From Bdellovibrionia bacterium (GTDB lineage: Bacteria; Bdellovibrionota; UBA1018): a stretch of DNA of 64,000 nt. Position numbers and translations under genes: made by a program. This document shows, in pieces, positions 17,840-27,235 of this stretch (within the stretch, counting starts at the first letter, position 1; the number at the start of each line of letters is the position of its first letter). The notes below the pieces were generated by a model. It did not search any database. It saw only the letters and a list, made by a program, of their open reading frames with translations, and was not told the origin of the DNA. The stretch lies in contig JBJMMA010000060.1 of the NCBI GenBank assembly GCA_045805065.1, forward strand, positions 15,462 through 79,461. Direction: 5' to 3'.

Positions 17840-18101
17840 TTTTTCGCACTCAGGTGCAGCAGTTTCACTGTTTTTCCAGCTCCGCTGACCCCTTGTGTAT
17901 GCGCGCTTCAATGAACGCTCCATGCAAATCTGTTGATCAGCCATGAGCGCTCATCGACAAGTTCGTGCGGACTTTTGATGCGTGCGTTTTCGTCGAGCGT
18001 TGAAGAAGATTCGCTCCGTGAACGACAATTCGCATCGTTCAATCCTTCTCGACAAAAGATCGAAACAAGCGTCTATTCGCACGAACAAGGGGGATTTTTA
18101 A

Positions 18102-18641
18102 ATGCGAAATATTGTTGGTTTAGTGGTTGTAGGATTGTTGACTTCGGTATCTTTTGCGAGCGCAGCTACTCAAACGGGTCCTGCTGCGGCTCCTACTCTG
18201 ACTCCTGTGCCGTATGGCATTCGATACTTTTGTGAGTTCGAGGGTAGGGGCTTGAGTGAGCACGGCCATCAAGATCGTGATGTTCGCTGTAAGGTAGAGG
18301 GAATTCTGTCCGGCATTACCGTATCGGCTGAATCTGTTGCGACCCCGGTGATCCCAGGTGGTCCAATCGAAATCAAATGCTCCAATGGATACAAGCTTGA
18401 GTCAGAGTACACGGCAATCGCTGCTCAAGGCGGCAATCTTTGGATCAACGCTGAAAGGCATGATAGGCTTGCGACCATTCGGGTCGAGGACTTTTATGGT
18501 CCTGCTGCACAGAACGAAGGCAAGCGATTCAAAGCGGACCTTCTTGCTGCAAATTCCGCTGTGATCCACGGTGAAGGAAAGTGCCGCTTTGAATATCCAT
18601 CGGCTCCAGTTGCACCTCCTGCTCCATCGTTCGCGCAATAA
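18102..18641 (+). CDS. small secreted hypothetical protein (179 aa)
   Basis: A strong SD (AAGGGGGA) lies 8 nt upstream of the ATG. Signal peptide MRNIVGLVVVGLLTSVSFASA. Four Cys residues and a terminator immediately downstream. Confidence 0.6.
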   Translation: MRNIVGLVVVGLLTSVSFASAATQTGPAAAPTLTPVPYGIRYFCEFEGRGLSEHGHQDRDVRCKVEGILSGITVSAESVATPVIPGGPIEIKCSNGYKLESEYTAIAAQGGNLWINAERHDRLATIRVEDFYGPAAQNEGKRFKADLLAANSAVIHGEGKCRFEYPSAPVAPPAPSFAQ

Positions 18642-18670
18642 CGAATAAAACCCGGAAACTTAAACGGGGG

Positions 18671-18706
18671 CATAGCGGGGAATCAGAAATGATTCCCCGT
18701 TTTTTT
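18671..18706. terminator. bidirectional Rho-independent terminator between the 18102 gene and oxyR
   Basis: GGGGAATC-AGAAAT-GATTCCCC is a perfect 8-bp stem followed by TTTTTTTT. oxyR on the opposite strand ends at 18706. Confidence 0.7.
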
Positions 18707-19650
18707 TAGATTCGAATGACTTCGATTCCTTTGCCCTTCACCTTTGGAAGCTCCTCAGGAAGGCATTGCTGGATCTCTCCGAACAGAGCATCCATGATCG
18801 GTTGCTTGTACTGAGTTCTTCGATACACGAGACTGACTTCGCGGCTAGGCACTGGGCTTGAGAAAGGCTTCACCAATCTTTTGGATGTGCGCTGCAGGGA
18901 GTGCGTGGCGAGATAGGGAAGAAGCGTGTAGCCATGACCTTGCTCAACGAGCTGGATCACCGTGCTCAGACTTCCGCTTTCAAATACGACGTTTGGAAAT
19001 ACGCCAGGCTTTCCGCGCAGCGAGCAGACTCTGACTACTTGATTGCGCAAGCAATGACCTTCGGCCAGAAGCCAGATGTCTTTGGCATCCAACTTGTCTT
19101 CGTTCACTGTGTCGAGCTTCAATAGAGGATGATTCTCATTTACGAAAAGCAGGAACGGCTCGTAGAAGAGGGGCCTTTCAACCAGGCTTTCGATGTGAAG
19201 CGGCGTGGCTAAAATACCCGCATCAATCCGGTCCTCTTCCAAGGCAGCCATGATGTCTTCCGTCGTCTTTTCTTCGATGGATAGGGTGACGCGTGGATAA
19301 CGCTTGGCGAAATCCCCGATGAAAAGCGGCAAGAGATAAGGCGCAATGGTAGGGATCAGGGCGAGCCGGAATTCACCACTGGGCTCGTCTTTACGGGTTT
19401 TGGCCAGATAATCCAGCTTTCCCATCTCACGCAAAATGGCTTTGGCTTGCTGGATAATGGCTTCGCCTTCTTGGGTCGGAAGAATGGGCTGCTTACTGCG
19501 ATCAAAGAAAGTGATGCCGTACTCGTCCTCCAGCTTCTGCAGCTGCATGCTCAAAGTCGGTTGAGACACATGACAGGCCTTCGCGGCTTTGCCGAAATGT
19601 CTGAATCGATCAACCGCGACCAAGTATTCAAGTTGAGTCAAACTGGCCAT
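18706..19650 (-). CDS. oxyR: LysR-family peroxide-sensing regulator OxyR
   Basis: Start is the ATG at 19650, with AAGGAG 6 nt upstream. The N-terminal HTH reads MASLTQLEYLVAVDRFRHFGKAAKACHVSQPTLSMQLQKLE. The redox-cysteine region LLAEGHCLRNQVVRVC matches E. coli OxyR GHCLRDQ (C199/C208). It lies divergent to ahpCF. Confidence 0.8.
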   Translation of the reverse strand: MASLTQLEYLVAVDRFRHFGKAAKACHVSQPTLSMQLQKLEDEYGITFFDRSKQPILPTQEGEAIIQQAKAILREMGKLDYLAKTRKDEPSGEFRLALIPTIAPYLLPLFIGDFAKRYPRVTLSIEEKTTEDIMAALEEDRIDAGILATPLHIESLVERPLFYEPFLLFVNENHPLLKLDTVNEDKLDAKDIWLLAEGHCLRNQVVRVCSLRGKPGVFPNVVFESGSLSTVIQLVEQGHGYTLLPYLATHSLQRTSKRLVKPFSSPVPSREVSLVYRRTQYKQPIMDALFGEIQQCLPEELPKVKGKGIEVIRI

Positions 19651-19670
19651 TTTACAGCTCCTTGTGGCCG

Positions 19671-19685
19671 ATAGATTAAATCTAT
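19671..19685. promoter_or_regulatory. candidate OxyR operator half-site pair (ATAG-N7-CTAT) in the oxyR/ahpC divergent promoter region
   Basis: GATAGATTAAATCTATTGG at 19670-19688. A second CTAT-N6-ATAG lies at 19740-19753 just upstream of the ahpC RBS. The OxyR consensus is ATAGnt-N7-anCTAT repeated. Confidence 0.4.
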
Positions 19686-19764
19686 TGGAAAATAAAAACA
19701 ATCGATTTTACATTACCGGCTGATTACCCGATTATGGGTCTATAAGCGAATAGGAGAATTTAAA

Positions 19765-20331
19765 ATGAATACTCTGATTAATTCAAAAATCCCTGATTTC
19801 AAAGTTCAAGCCTTCCACAAAGGCGAGTTCAAGGAAATCACCCAAGCTAACCTGAAGGGCAAGTGGTCTGTCTTTTTCTTCTACCCAGCCGACTTCACTT
19901 TTGTTTGCCCAACCGAGCTCGGCGACATGGCAGACAAGTATGACGCTTTCCAGAAGATGGGCGTTGAAATTTACTCGGTCAGCACCGACACGCACTTCAC
20001 CCACAAGGCATGGCACGATACTTCTGAAACCATCAAGAAGATCAACTTCCCAATGCTTGCTGATCCTACGGGATTCTTGTCCCGTGCTTTCGGCGTGCAC
20101 ATCGAAGAAGCAGGTCTCGCATATCGCGGAACCTTCGTTGTGAACCCAGAAGGCCAGATCAAGATCGCTGAAATCCACGACAACGGCATCGGCCGTAACG
20201 CTGACGAGCTCATTCGTAAGGTTCAAGCTGCACAATTCGTAGCTACGCATCCAAACGAAGTTTGCCCAGCTAAGTGGCGTCCAGGTGAGAAGACCTTGAA
20301 GCCAGGTCTCGATCTCGTCGGAAAGATTTAA
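19765..20331 (+). CDS. ahpC: alkyl hydroperoxide reductase subunit C (2-Cys peroxiredoxin)
   Basis: 188 aa. RBS TAGGAGAA. The peroxidatic Cys context FFYPADFTFVCPTEL and the resolving Cys near the C-terminus (EVCPAKW) are present. Confidence 0.9.
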   Translation: MNTLINSKIPDFKVQAFHKGEFKEITQANLKGKWSVFFFYPADFTFVCPTELGDMADKYDAFQKMGVEIYSVSTDTHFTHKAWHDTSETIKKINFPMLADPTGFLSRAFGVHIEEAGLAYRGTFVVNPEGQIKIAEIHDNGIGRNADELIRKVQAAQFVATHPNEVCPAKWRPGEKTLKPGLDLVGKI

Positions 20332-20342
20332 GGCTTTTCGGG

Positions 20343-20372
20343 GCCCAAGGTTCTTGGGCCCCGTTTTTAACC
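20343..20372 (+). terminator. terminator / attenuator hairpin between ahpC and ahpF
   Basis: GGGGCCCAAG-GTTC-TTGGGCCCC followed by GTTTTTAA. Confidence 0.6.
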
Positions 20373-20434
20373 CGTTTGTTTTTAACCATCAACCCTTAAC
20401 CCGAGCTAATCAGGTACAAACTTTAGGAGCAAAT

Positions 20435-21982
20435 ATGTTGGATTCTGGAATGATTGAGCAACTCAAAGGTGCCTTCTCGAAGCTTGAGCAGACAGTGGTT
20501 TTGAAGGTGAAGCAATCGGCGCATCCGGATCAAGCAGAGCTGCTGGAACTGTTGAACGATCTTGCAAGTGCATCCGAGAAAGTACGCGTTGAGCAATCCG
20601 CGGAACTCTCCGAAGCTCCCAGCTTCCAAATTTTCCATCAAGGCAAGCCAAACGGAATTGCGTTCCGCGGTGTTCCTGGCGGCCATGAGTTCACGTCGCT
20701 CATCTTGTCGATTCTTTATAGCGACGGCAAAGGCAAGCAACCTGACGAGGGCATCATCAAGCGCATCAAGGCGTTGAAGGGTCCTGTTCGTCTGAAGACT
20801 TTTATTTCTCTGACCTGTGAGAACTGCCCGGAAGTCATCCAGGCTCTGAACTTGATGGCCACTCATCATCCTGATTTTCAGCATGAGATGGTCGATGGAG
20901 GCGTGGCGCAAGATGAAGTCGATGCGCTCGGAATTCAAGGCGTGCCTGCAGTGATCTGGGACGGGAAGCTTCTCCATTCCGGAAAGATCCAGCTCATTGA
21001 TCTTCTCGCAAAACTTGAAACTACCTTTGGCGCTCATCAGTTGAGTGCGCAAGAAGAGGATTTGGGCGAGTTTGACGTTGCCGTCATTGGCGGCGGCCCT
21101 GCCGGTGCATCCGCTGCGATTTACAGCGTTCGTAAAGGATTGAAGACCGTGATGATCGCCGAGCGTTTTGGCGGTCAGCTCCAGGAAACAAAGGGAATTG
21201 AGAACATGATCTCGGTTCCATACACCGAGGGCGCCAAGCTTGCGGCGCAGCTCAGTCAGCATGTCTCGAGTTATCCAGTTCGCTTGCTCGAACATCGTCG
21301 TGTTCAGAAGATCACGGGTGACGATAAGATGAAGCGGATTCAACTGGAAAGCGGCGAGCATCTGAACGCCAAAGCCGTGATCATTGCAACTGGCGCAAAA
21401 TGGCGTGAACTTGGGATTCCAGGCGAGAAAGAGCATATCGGCCAAGGCGTTGCTTTCTGTGCGCACTGTGATGGTCCATTCTACAAAGGCAAGAAAGTAG
21501 CCGTTGTAGGCGGTGGTAACTCAGGCGTCGAGGCTGCGATCGACCTTGCTGGCATCGCACGAGAAGTCATTCTCCTGGAATACGCTGGCCAGCTCAAAGC
21601 CGATGGTGTTTTGGTTGAGAAACTGAAATCCCTTCCAAATGCCACGATCGTGACCCAAGCCAGGACTTCCCAAGTCATCGGTGATGGCAAGAAGGTGGTC
21701 GGTCTGGAGTACGTCGATCTTGAAACGGGCAATACCCAAAAGGTCGACCTCGATGGCGTCTTTGTTCAAATCGGACTTTTGCCAAACACCCAGTTTGTGA
21801 AAGGCCAGCTTGAACTGACGCGTTATGGTGAGATTGTAGTCGACTCCCATGGACGCACCTCTGTGAAGGGCATTTATGCAGCAGGGGACGTCACGACGAT
21901 TCCTTTCAAACAGATCGTCACGGCCATGGGCGATGGCGCAAAGGTCGCGTTGACTGCTTTTGAAGATCGCTTGAGAGCATAA
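20435..21982 (+). CDS. ahpF: alkyl hydroperoxide reductase subunit F
   Basis: ATG at 20435 is preceded by AGGAGCAAAT. The N-terminus MLDSGMIEQLKGAFSKLEQ resembles the AhpF start. There are two CxxC motifs (CENC and CAHCDG) and FAD/NAD Rossmann motifs (VAVIGGGPAG, VAVVGGGNSG). Confidence 0.85.
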   Translation: MLDSGMIEQLKGAFSKLEQTVVLKVKQSAHPDQAELLELLNDLASASEKVRVEQSAELSEAPSFQIFHQGKPNGIAFRGVPGGHEFTSLILSILYSDGKGKQPDEGIIKRIKALKGPVRLKTFISLTCENCPEVIQALNLMATHHPDFQHEMVDGGVAQDEVDALGIQGVPAVIWDGKLLHSGKIQLIDLLAKLETTFGAHQLSAQEEDLGEFDVAVIGGGPAGASAAIYSVRKGLKTVMIAERFGGQLQETKGIENMISVPYTEGAKLAAQLSQHVSSYPVRLLEHRRVQKITGDDKMKRIQLESGEHLNAKAVIIATGAKWRELGIPGEKEHIGQGVAFCAHCDGPFYKGKKVAVVGGGNSGVEAAIDLAGIAREVILLEYAGQLKADGVLVEKLKSLPNATIVTQARTSQVIGDGKKVVGLEYVDLETGNTQKVDLDGVFVQIGLLPNTQFVKGQLELTRYGEIVVDSHGRTSVKGIYAAGDVTTIPFKQIVTAMGDGAKVALTAFEDRLRA

Positions 21983-22102
21983 AGTTCGCGGAGTCGGCAT
22001 TTTGACGCGGTAGCTCATTGAAATCTCGGACCGGCTCCGCCGTTCCTGGTCATGTTTCCGACGTTTGTGTTTTGATTTCAACAGAGTTAAACTGCTGTAC
22101 AA

Positions 22103-23224
22103 ATGACCGACTCCGATTCGAACTTTCCTACGCCTGAAAATTTACCTGGGAATTCACCTGAAAATTCAAATGAGCCCTCACTGAATTTCTCTCCTGCGGG
22201 CGCTGGATCTCCTCCACCTGGCCGAGGAAGTGCGCAGCATGCGCCACGTAAGTCGGGAATGGGCCCACTGGCTTGGGTTCTTGGCTTGTCTGCGGTCTTT
22301 TTCGCTTTGTTTCTCGTCATTTCGGGTGCGATCTATTTTTCAAAGGGCGGCGCAAAAGGCTCGTCTCACTCCAGTGGCGGAGCTTTCTTGGCTGCTGGAA
22401 AAGGTTCCGTAGGAGTGATCGAACTCAACGGCGTCATCATGGATTCAAAGAAGACGCTCAAGAAGCTCGAAGACTATGAAGAGTCTCCTGGAATCAAGGC
22501 AGTCGTTCTTCGTTTGAACTCCCCCGGAGGAGCGGTCGCTCCTTCTCAAGAAATTTATCAGGCCGTAAAGAACTACAAGAAACCTCTGGTTGTCTCCATG
22601 AGCTCGGTCGCGGCGAGTGGCGCGTATTATGTCGCCATGGGCGCAAAGAAAGTTTACGCAAACCCTGGAACAATCACGGGCTCCATCGGCGTCATCATGG
22701 AGTTCGCGAATTTGGAGAAGCTCTATGAATGGGCCAAGGTTCAGCGCTACGCCATCAAGACGGGCAAGTTCAAGGACGTGGGCGCCGAATACCGGGAGAT
22801 GGGTCCTGAGGAGCGCGCACTTCTTCAGACCATGGTCGATGATGTTTTGTCCCAGTTCAAGCAAGCGGTCTCGGATGGCCGTAAGCTGACGATGGAACAA
22901 GTAACTGAAGTTGCCGATGGTCGCATCTTTTCAGGCAGTCAAGCCAAGGCCGCAAAGCTTGTGGATGAGCTTGGAACGCTTCAAGATGCGGTCAATGAGG
23001 CAGGGAAGCTTGCCGGCATCGAAGGCAAGCCAGATGTTGTTTACCCTGAAAAGTCTCGTTCTCGTTTAATGGATTTGATTTTGGATAATGGCACAGGTGA
23101 AGATCGTTCCGAGAGCTCCAGCAGTTTGGTGGGCGCTCTGACGTCGATTCTCAATGGCCATGTGGAAAAAGCTGTGACCGGGCTTGAGCCTGGTATCTAC
23201 TGGATCTGGACCGGAGCTCGCTAA
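22103..23224 (+). CDS. sppA: signal peptide peptidase SppA (36K type)
   Basis: An N-terminal low-complexity region and TM helix precede the S49 peptidase core: VIELNGVIMD...AVVLRLNSPGGAVAPSQEIY...SMSSVAASGAYYVAMGA...TGSIGVI. Confidence 0.7.
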   Translation: MTDSDSNFPTPENLPGNSPENSNEPSLNFSPAGAGSPPPGRGSAQHAPRKSGMGPLAWVLGLSAVFFALFLVISGAIYFSKGGAKGSSHSSGGAFLAAGKGSVGVIELNGVIMDSKKTLKKLEDYEESPGIKAVVLRLNSPGGAVAPSQEIYQAVKNYKKPLVVSMSSVAASGAYYVAMGAKKVYANPGTITGSIGVIMEFANLEKLYEWAKVQRYAIKTGKFKDVGAEYREMGPEERALLQTMVDDVLSQFKQAVSDGRKLTMEQVTEVADGRIFSGSQAKAAKLVDELGTLQDAVNEAGKLAGIEGKPDVVYPEKSRSRLMDLILDNGTGEDRSESSSSLVGALTSILNGHVEKAVTGLEPGIYWIWTGAR

Positions 23225-23226
23225 AC

Positions 23227-24531
23227 TTGACTGCACCTGCAACGAATTCTGCACCTAATAATAAACCTCGCCCTAGACGTCATCCGCGCGCTGCAGCGGT
23301 TCGAATTATCACGCGCGTCCTTGCGGATCGCGAACCCCTGGATGAAGCTCTTTCACGCGTTGTTGCTGAGCAGAACCTGGATTCCTCAGCACGCGCCTGG
23401 CTTCAGGATGTTTGCGCAGGAACGCTGCGCTGGCGCGGAAGGCTGGATCAGATTCTTGATGCAGCATCTTTCAAGAAGAAGCCAACGGGCTGGCTGAGAA
23501 AAGTTCTCATCGTCGCAATCTATCAGATTGTGGCTCAAGATCGCGTCAACCCGGGTGCTGTGGTTTCTGAAACGGTCGTGGAAATTAAACGCAAGGAAGG
23601 CGAGGCGCCTTCTCGTTTTGCAAACGCTGTCCTGCGAAAGCTCAGTGAGCATGCGCAAGCAGTCAGAACTCAAGCGTTCCCAGAAGGTGCGCCAGCATCA
23701 GAGCAAGCGCTTTGGGCCAGTCTGCCGGATTGGATCTGGAATCGCCTGGTAGCGCAATATGGACTCGATTGGAGCCGTGCCTATGCTCAGGCTAGTCTTG
23801 AGCGTCCAACGGTCTGGATTCGCTCCAGAGAGCCTGATTTTCAAGCAAGCTGGGCTTCCGAAGCGGGATCCGTTCCAGGGTCCTTCCGCCTGACAGAAGG
23901 TGGATCCATTGTGGAGCGTCCTGGCTTTAAAGAAGGCACTTTCTTTGTGCAAGACATCTCAAGCCAGGCCTTGATTGCTGAGATCAGCGCAGAAGTGCGA
24001 AAGGGCCTGGGCGAAGGTCCTCTAAAAGCTCTCGATCTTTGTGCCGCTCCAGGTGGAAAGACTGCAGGCCTTTCCTGGAATGGCTTTGAAGTGATCGCTA
24101 CCGATCGCCCTGAAAAGGGTGGCTCTCGTTTTGCGCTTCTTGAGCAAACAGTTCAACGTGTGGCGCCAACTGCACGCGTGATTCAACGCGGACAAGTTGC
24201 GTCTCTGGAGCCGCTGGATCTGGTTTGGGTGGATTCGCCCTGCACGGGGTCTGGCATTCTAAGACGCCATCCGGATGTGCGCTGGCTCAGGCAGGAGCGC
24301 GAGCTTGCATCGCTTCAGGAAGTGCAGCACAAGCTTCTCAAGGAAGCTTGGGATAAGGTTCGGCCGGGGGGATATCTTGCGTACTCGGTCTGCTCCATTC
24401 TTAAAGAAGAAGGACCCGAGGCGCTTTCCCGTGCTCAGCTCGGTGGCACTTTCGTGCGCGAATGGCTTTTAACGCCGCAATCGCCTCCATCAGGAGATGG
24501 TTTTTACGCAGCTTTGATTCGCAAAGCCTGA
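23227..24531 (+). CDS. rsmB: 16S rRNA (cytosine967-C5)-methyltransferase RsmB/Sun
   Basis: An N-terminal NusB-like region is followed by the SAM-MTase motifs LDLCAAPGGKT and the catalytic DSPCTGSG...PGGYLAYSVCS. Confidence 0.75.
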   Translation: MTAPATNSAPNNKPRPRRHPRAAAVRIITRVLADREPLDEALSRVVAEQNLDSSARAWLQDVCAGTLRWRGRLDQILDAASFKKKPTGWLRKVLIVAIYQIVAQDRVNPGAVVSETVVEIKRKEGEAPSRFANAVLRKLSEHAQAVRTQAFPEGAPASEQALWASLPDWIWNRLVAQYGLDWSRAYAQASLERPTVWIRSREPDFQASWASEAGSVPGSFRLTEGGSIVERPGFKEGTFFVQDISSQALIAEISAEVRKGLGEGPLKALDLCAAPGGKTAGLSWNGFEVIATDRPEKGGSRFALLEQTVQRVAPTARVIQRGQVASLEPLDLVWVDSPCTGSGILRRHPDVRWLRQERELASLQEVQHKLLKEAWDKVRPGGYLAYSVCSILKEEGPEALSRAQLGGTFVREWLLTPQSPPSGDGFYAALIRKA

Positions 24532-24560
24532 GGCTTTTAAGCCTCTTTAGGGTTTGTGTG
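24531..24560 (+). terminator. Rho-independent terminator of rsmB
   Basis: GAGGCT-TTTA-AGCCTC followed by TTTAGGGTTTGTGTG. Confidence 0.5.
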
Positions 24561-25063
24561 CGCTGCGGTTTCACAGTGAGTCAGCGTTTTGCAATCCCGC
24601 TTTTGGCGGAATCTTTGCAAGATGAAACAATACGCCTGTTTTCATGGGTCTCGGTGCAGCATGACTACTAGGGATAGTGTGAAGTGTAAGAATTGACTTC
24701 AGGTGCTGAGATGGCGCATTAAGTGCCCCGTGTCAAAATGACTCTACTGCTCCGAAGTGGCTCTGGGAGCGGAAAGACACGGGTGGTCTTAATTGAGTTC
24801 CGTTGATTGACGCACATGGCGAAAAAGTTCTGTCATCTAGCGGACAAAGAATGATTCTGATGAGGTGCGGAGGTCAGCCGGCCGCTGGCACGCCGGCTGC
24901 AATAACCCCCGCCAGGACCACTGATTCGCGAGTGTGTTGCGGAACGTATGTTGAGGGGGCGGCAGAGGTCATCACAATAAACGGCTACTATTTTACTTTT
25001 CCCAAATTTACCCACCTTTCAGACCGGTGGCTCCCGAAAGGGAGCCACCTGGTATCCCATTCG

Positions 25064-25187
25064 AAAACCAAACAAGAATAGTTGATAAGATAAAAGACCT
25101 CGCTGCGACTTCCTGTCGCATTCCCATTCGGCATCCTGCCTGGGAACGACTCGGTTTTTATCTTATCGACTATTCTTGTTTGGTTTT
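25064..25187 (+). repeat. copy A of the novel hairpin element family: 58-nt conserved core inside a ~30-bp locus-specific inverted repeat
   Basis: The left arm AACCAAACAAGAATAGTTGATAAGATAAAA pairs with the right arm TTTTATCTTATCGACTATTCTTGTTTGGTT, with one G-U wobble. The core is CCTCGCTGCGACTTCCTGTCGCATTCCCATTCGGCATCCTGCCTGGGAACGACTCGG. No downstream box is present. Confidence 0.7.
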
Positions 25188-25287
25188 GCGTGTGTTTGTC
25201 GGTGAGGGCATGTGTGCTCTGGTGGAGAACGGATTGTGCTCTATTAGGCTAGACAGATTGTCGGCAGGGGGATATTCGCTGCCGCAT

Positions 25288-26115
25288 ATGTCAGTTCTGG
25301 AGTTTGATAACTATCGGCTGTACTTGCGCTCCGTACTTGCTGATCGGGCATCGACAAATCCGAGGTACTCTCTTCGGGCATTCGCGAAGAGTCTCGAGCT
25401 GGCTCCCTCCTATTTATCGGCAGTCATGAATGGAAAGAAATCACTTTCTCCTGAGACTGCTTACGCTGTAGCGGAGAAGCTCAGATTAGATGAACAAGAG
25501 GCAACGTATTTCCGCATCCTGGCTCAGATGGAAGCCACGAAAAATCCTGCTTTGAAAGAGAGCTTGCTTCAGCGAGCTCAGACTCTTGCCCCAAGTGTGG
25601 TTGTGAATGATCTCAGCGTTGATCAGTTCAAAATGATCTCTGACTGGCATCACTACGCCATATTTGCGGCGGTCGATCTCTCTGACATTGAGGCGACGCC
25701 AGAACGGATTGCAAAAATCCTTGGACTAAACCTTGCTGAAGTCCAAGTTGCCGTGGAGCGCATGATCCGATTGGAGATGCTCGAGAAGGACGCAGAAGGG
25801 CGCTTAAAACAAACGATCTCACATTCAAGGATTGTTTCGTTGGCGCCCAACAGGGCAGTGAGAAGCCATCACCGTCAGAACTTGGAAAAAGCGATCGAGA
25901 GTATCGGATTGCAGAGGCCGGATGAAAGATTCATGGGGTCTGAGACCTTTTGTATTGATGAATCACAATTTGAGGAGTTTCAGAAGCTCTGCAACCAGTT
26001 CCTCGACAGCGCGCTGGCTCTCGCGAAGAAAGCGAAGACCAAAAACCAGGTGTACCACTTAGGTGTTCAGTTTTTCAGGTTTTCACAAGAAAAACCAAAG
26101 GAAGAAAAAAAATGA
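25288..26115 (+). CDS. TIGR02147-like putative HTH regulator (paralog 1 of 3)
   Basis: The N-terminus MSVLEFDNYRLYLRSVL parallels MKPFEFNDYRLYL (51586) and MLFEYRDYKKYL (53983). The three proteins are similar throughout (LSxxSHF/SPEx helix, conserved C-terminus). The track ORF starts upstream at 25027 and runs through repeat copy A. An alternative start is at 25207. Confidence 0.6.
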   Translation: MSVLEFDNYRLYLRSVLADRASTNPRYSLRAFAKSLELAPSYLSAVMNGKKSLSPETAYAVAEKLRLDEQEATYFRILAQMEATKNPALKESLLQRAQTLAPSVVVNDLSVDQFKMISDWHHYAIFAAVDLSDIEATPERIAKILGLNLAEVQVAVERMIRLEMLEKDAEGRLKQTISHSRIVSLAPNRAVRSHHRQNLEKAIESIGLQRPDERFMGSETFCIDESQFEEFQKLCNQFLDSALALAKKAKTKNQVYHLGVQFFRFSQEKPKEEKK

Positions 26116-27086
26116 GAAGCATGCAATCAGGCTCAGTCCTTGTAAGTTTGACGTGCGGATTATCACTCATGTTTGCAATTAATGCGATGGCAGGTGGAGG
26201 GGGCGTACGCGGCGGCGGCGGCGATATCTGCGAAGATCGCATCCAGCAGATCCGGGATGATATCAAGTCCTGGATCCATCAAGGTGGCGCGCAGGGATTA
26301 TCACTTCCGCAAGGAGTCTCCGCAGATCGGTATGCCGACCTGATGCTAGATCAAATGAAAACCGCACGCGTGAAATGCGTCGGCGCGGCAGACAAAGGTT
26401 ACCCGGTCGCGATCGGAAGCACGCCAAAGGTTTGCAAGTTCTCAATCGATCAATCGGGCTCTCAGATTACTTGTGACTACATCAAGTTTCTCGCGACTAA
26501 CGAATCGGACCAATACGTTTTGATTCATCATGAGTACGCGGGGCTTGCGGGTGTCGAGGTCCCTAACCAGGGCGATTCCCGCTACGACGTTTCCAATCAG
26601 ATCTCCGCCTATCTTGAAGACCAGGTTGTGAAGAAGCTTGCGGTAAAGCCCGTAACCTCCGAGCTCCAGGTGGGTTCGAGAGTTGTCATCGATGACAATC
26701 AATTTGAGACCAAAACCGGCCAGATTACTTCGATCACTTCCGGAAAGTACACCTATTATCAGGTCAGGCTATCCAATAACTCGGGTAGGGCGGGAGATGA
26801 GCAAATCATTGAGAGAAGTTACATCAAGGCGACCGAAGTCGGCAGTCTGAATGGCGTGAGAAAAGGTCAGAAAGCCATCTGCAGGAATATTTACGACATT
26901 TCCGGCAGCGCGTTTGAAGGCAACGTTGCTCATATTTATTCAAACGGTTTCGTCGAAATCACTATTTCGACCAAGAAGGCCACTTCGGTTACGTCCACTT
27001 CTCAGTTATCTGAAGGACCCCTGTTTTTGTCGTCGGTCCCAGGCGCTTGGGAAATTCCTCGCTTTGGATACAACTGCTCTTATTAA
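26112..27086 (+). CDS. secreted GGGGD-I-C family protein (paralog 1 of 3)
   Basis: Signal peptide MRSMQSGSVLVSLTCGLSLMFAINA, then GGGGVRGGGGDICEDRIQQIRDDIKSWIHQGG and QYVLIHHEYAGLAGVE. It is clearly homologous to the 52780..53730 product and more distantly to the 50560..51411 product. Confidence 0.65.
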   Translation: MRSMQSGSVLVSLTCGLSLMFAINAMAGGGGVRGGGGDICEDRIQQIRDDIKSWIHQGGAQGLSLPQGVSADRYADLMLDQMKTARVKCVGAADKGYPVAIGSTPKVCKFSIDQSGSQITCDYIKFLATNESDQYVLIHHEYAGLAGVEVPNQGDSRYDVSNQISAYLEDQVVKKLAVKPVTSELQVGSRVVIDDNQFETKTGQITSITSGKYTYYQVRLSNNSGRAGDEQIIERSYIKATEVGSLNGVRKGQKAICRNIYDISGSAFEGNVAHIYSNGFVEITISTKKATSVTSTSQLSEGPLFLSSVPGAWEIPRFGYNCSY

Positions 27087-27092
27087 AAATTA

Positions 27093-27221
27093 GAACAAAA
27101 CAATACGAGTAAAGAACAAAGATAAAAGTCCTCGTTGTGACATCCTGTCACATTCCCAGTCGTCTTCCTGACTGGGAACGACTCGGCTTTTATCTTTGTT
27201 CTTTACTCGTATTGTTTTGTT
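27093..27221 (+). repeat. copy B of the hairpin element family: perfect 36-bp inverted repeat around the conserved core
   Basis: GAACAAAACAATACGAGTAAAGAACAAAGATAAAAG at 27093-27128 is exactly complementary to 27186-27221. The core is TCCTCGTTGTGACATCCTGTCACATTCCCAGTCGTCTTCCTGACTGGGAACGACTCGG. It lies between the convergent genes 26112(+) and 27278(-). Confidence 0.75.
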
Positions 27222-27235
27222 CACGTTTGTTAGAC

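Noticed and set aside
20354-20434. Upstream extension of ahpF (MGPVFNPFVFNHQPLTRANQ...)
   Set aside because: It starts inside the ahpC terminator hairpin. The ATG at 20435 has a perfect AGGAG RBS, and the product then begins with the AhpF-like MLDSGMIEQLK.
25027-25287. Track start of the TIGR02147-like regulator at 25027
   Set aside because: This extension runs through repeat element copy A, and the paralogs begin at the MxxxEFxxYRxYL motif. It was trimmed to 25288, with an alternative at 25207.
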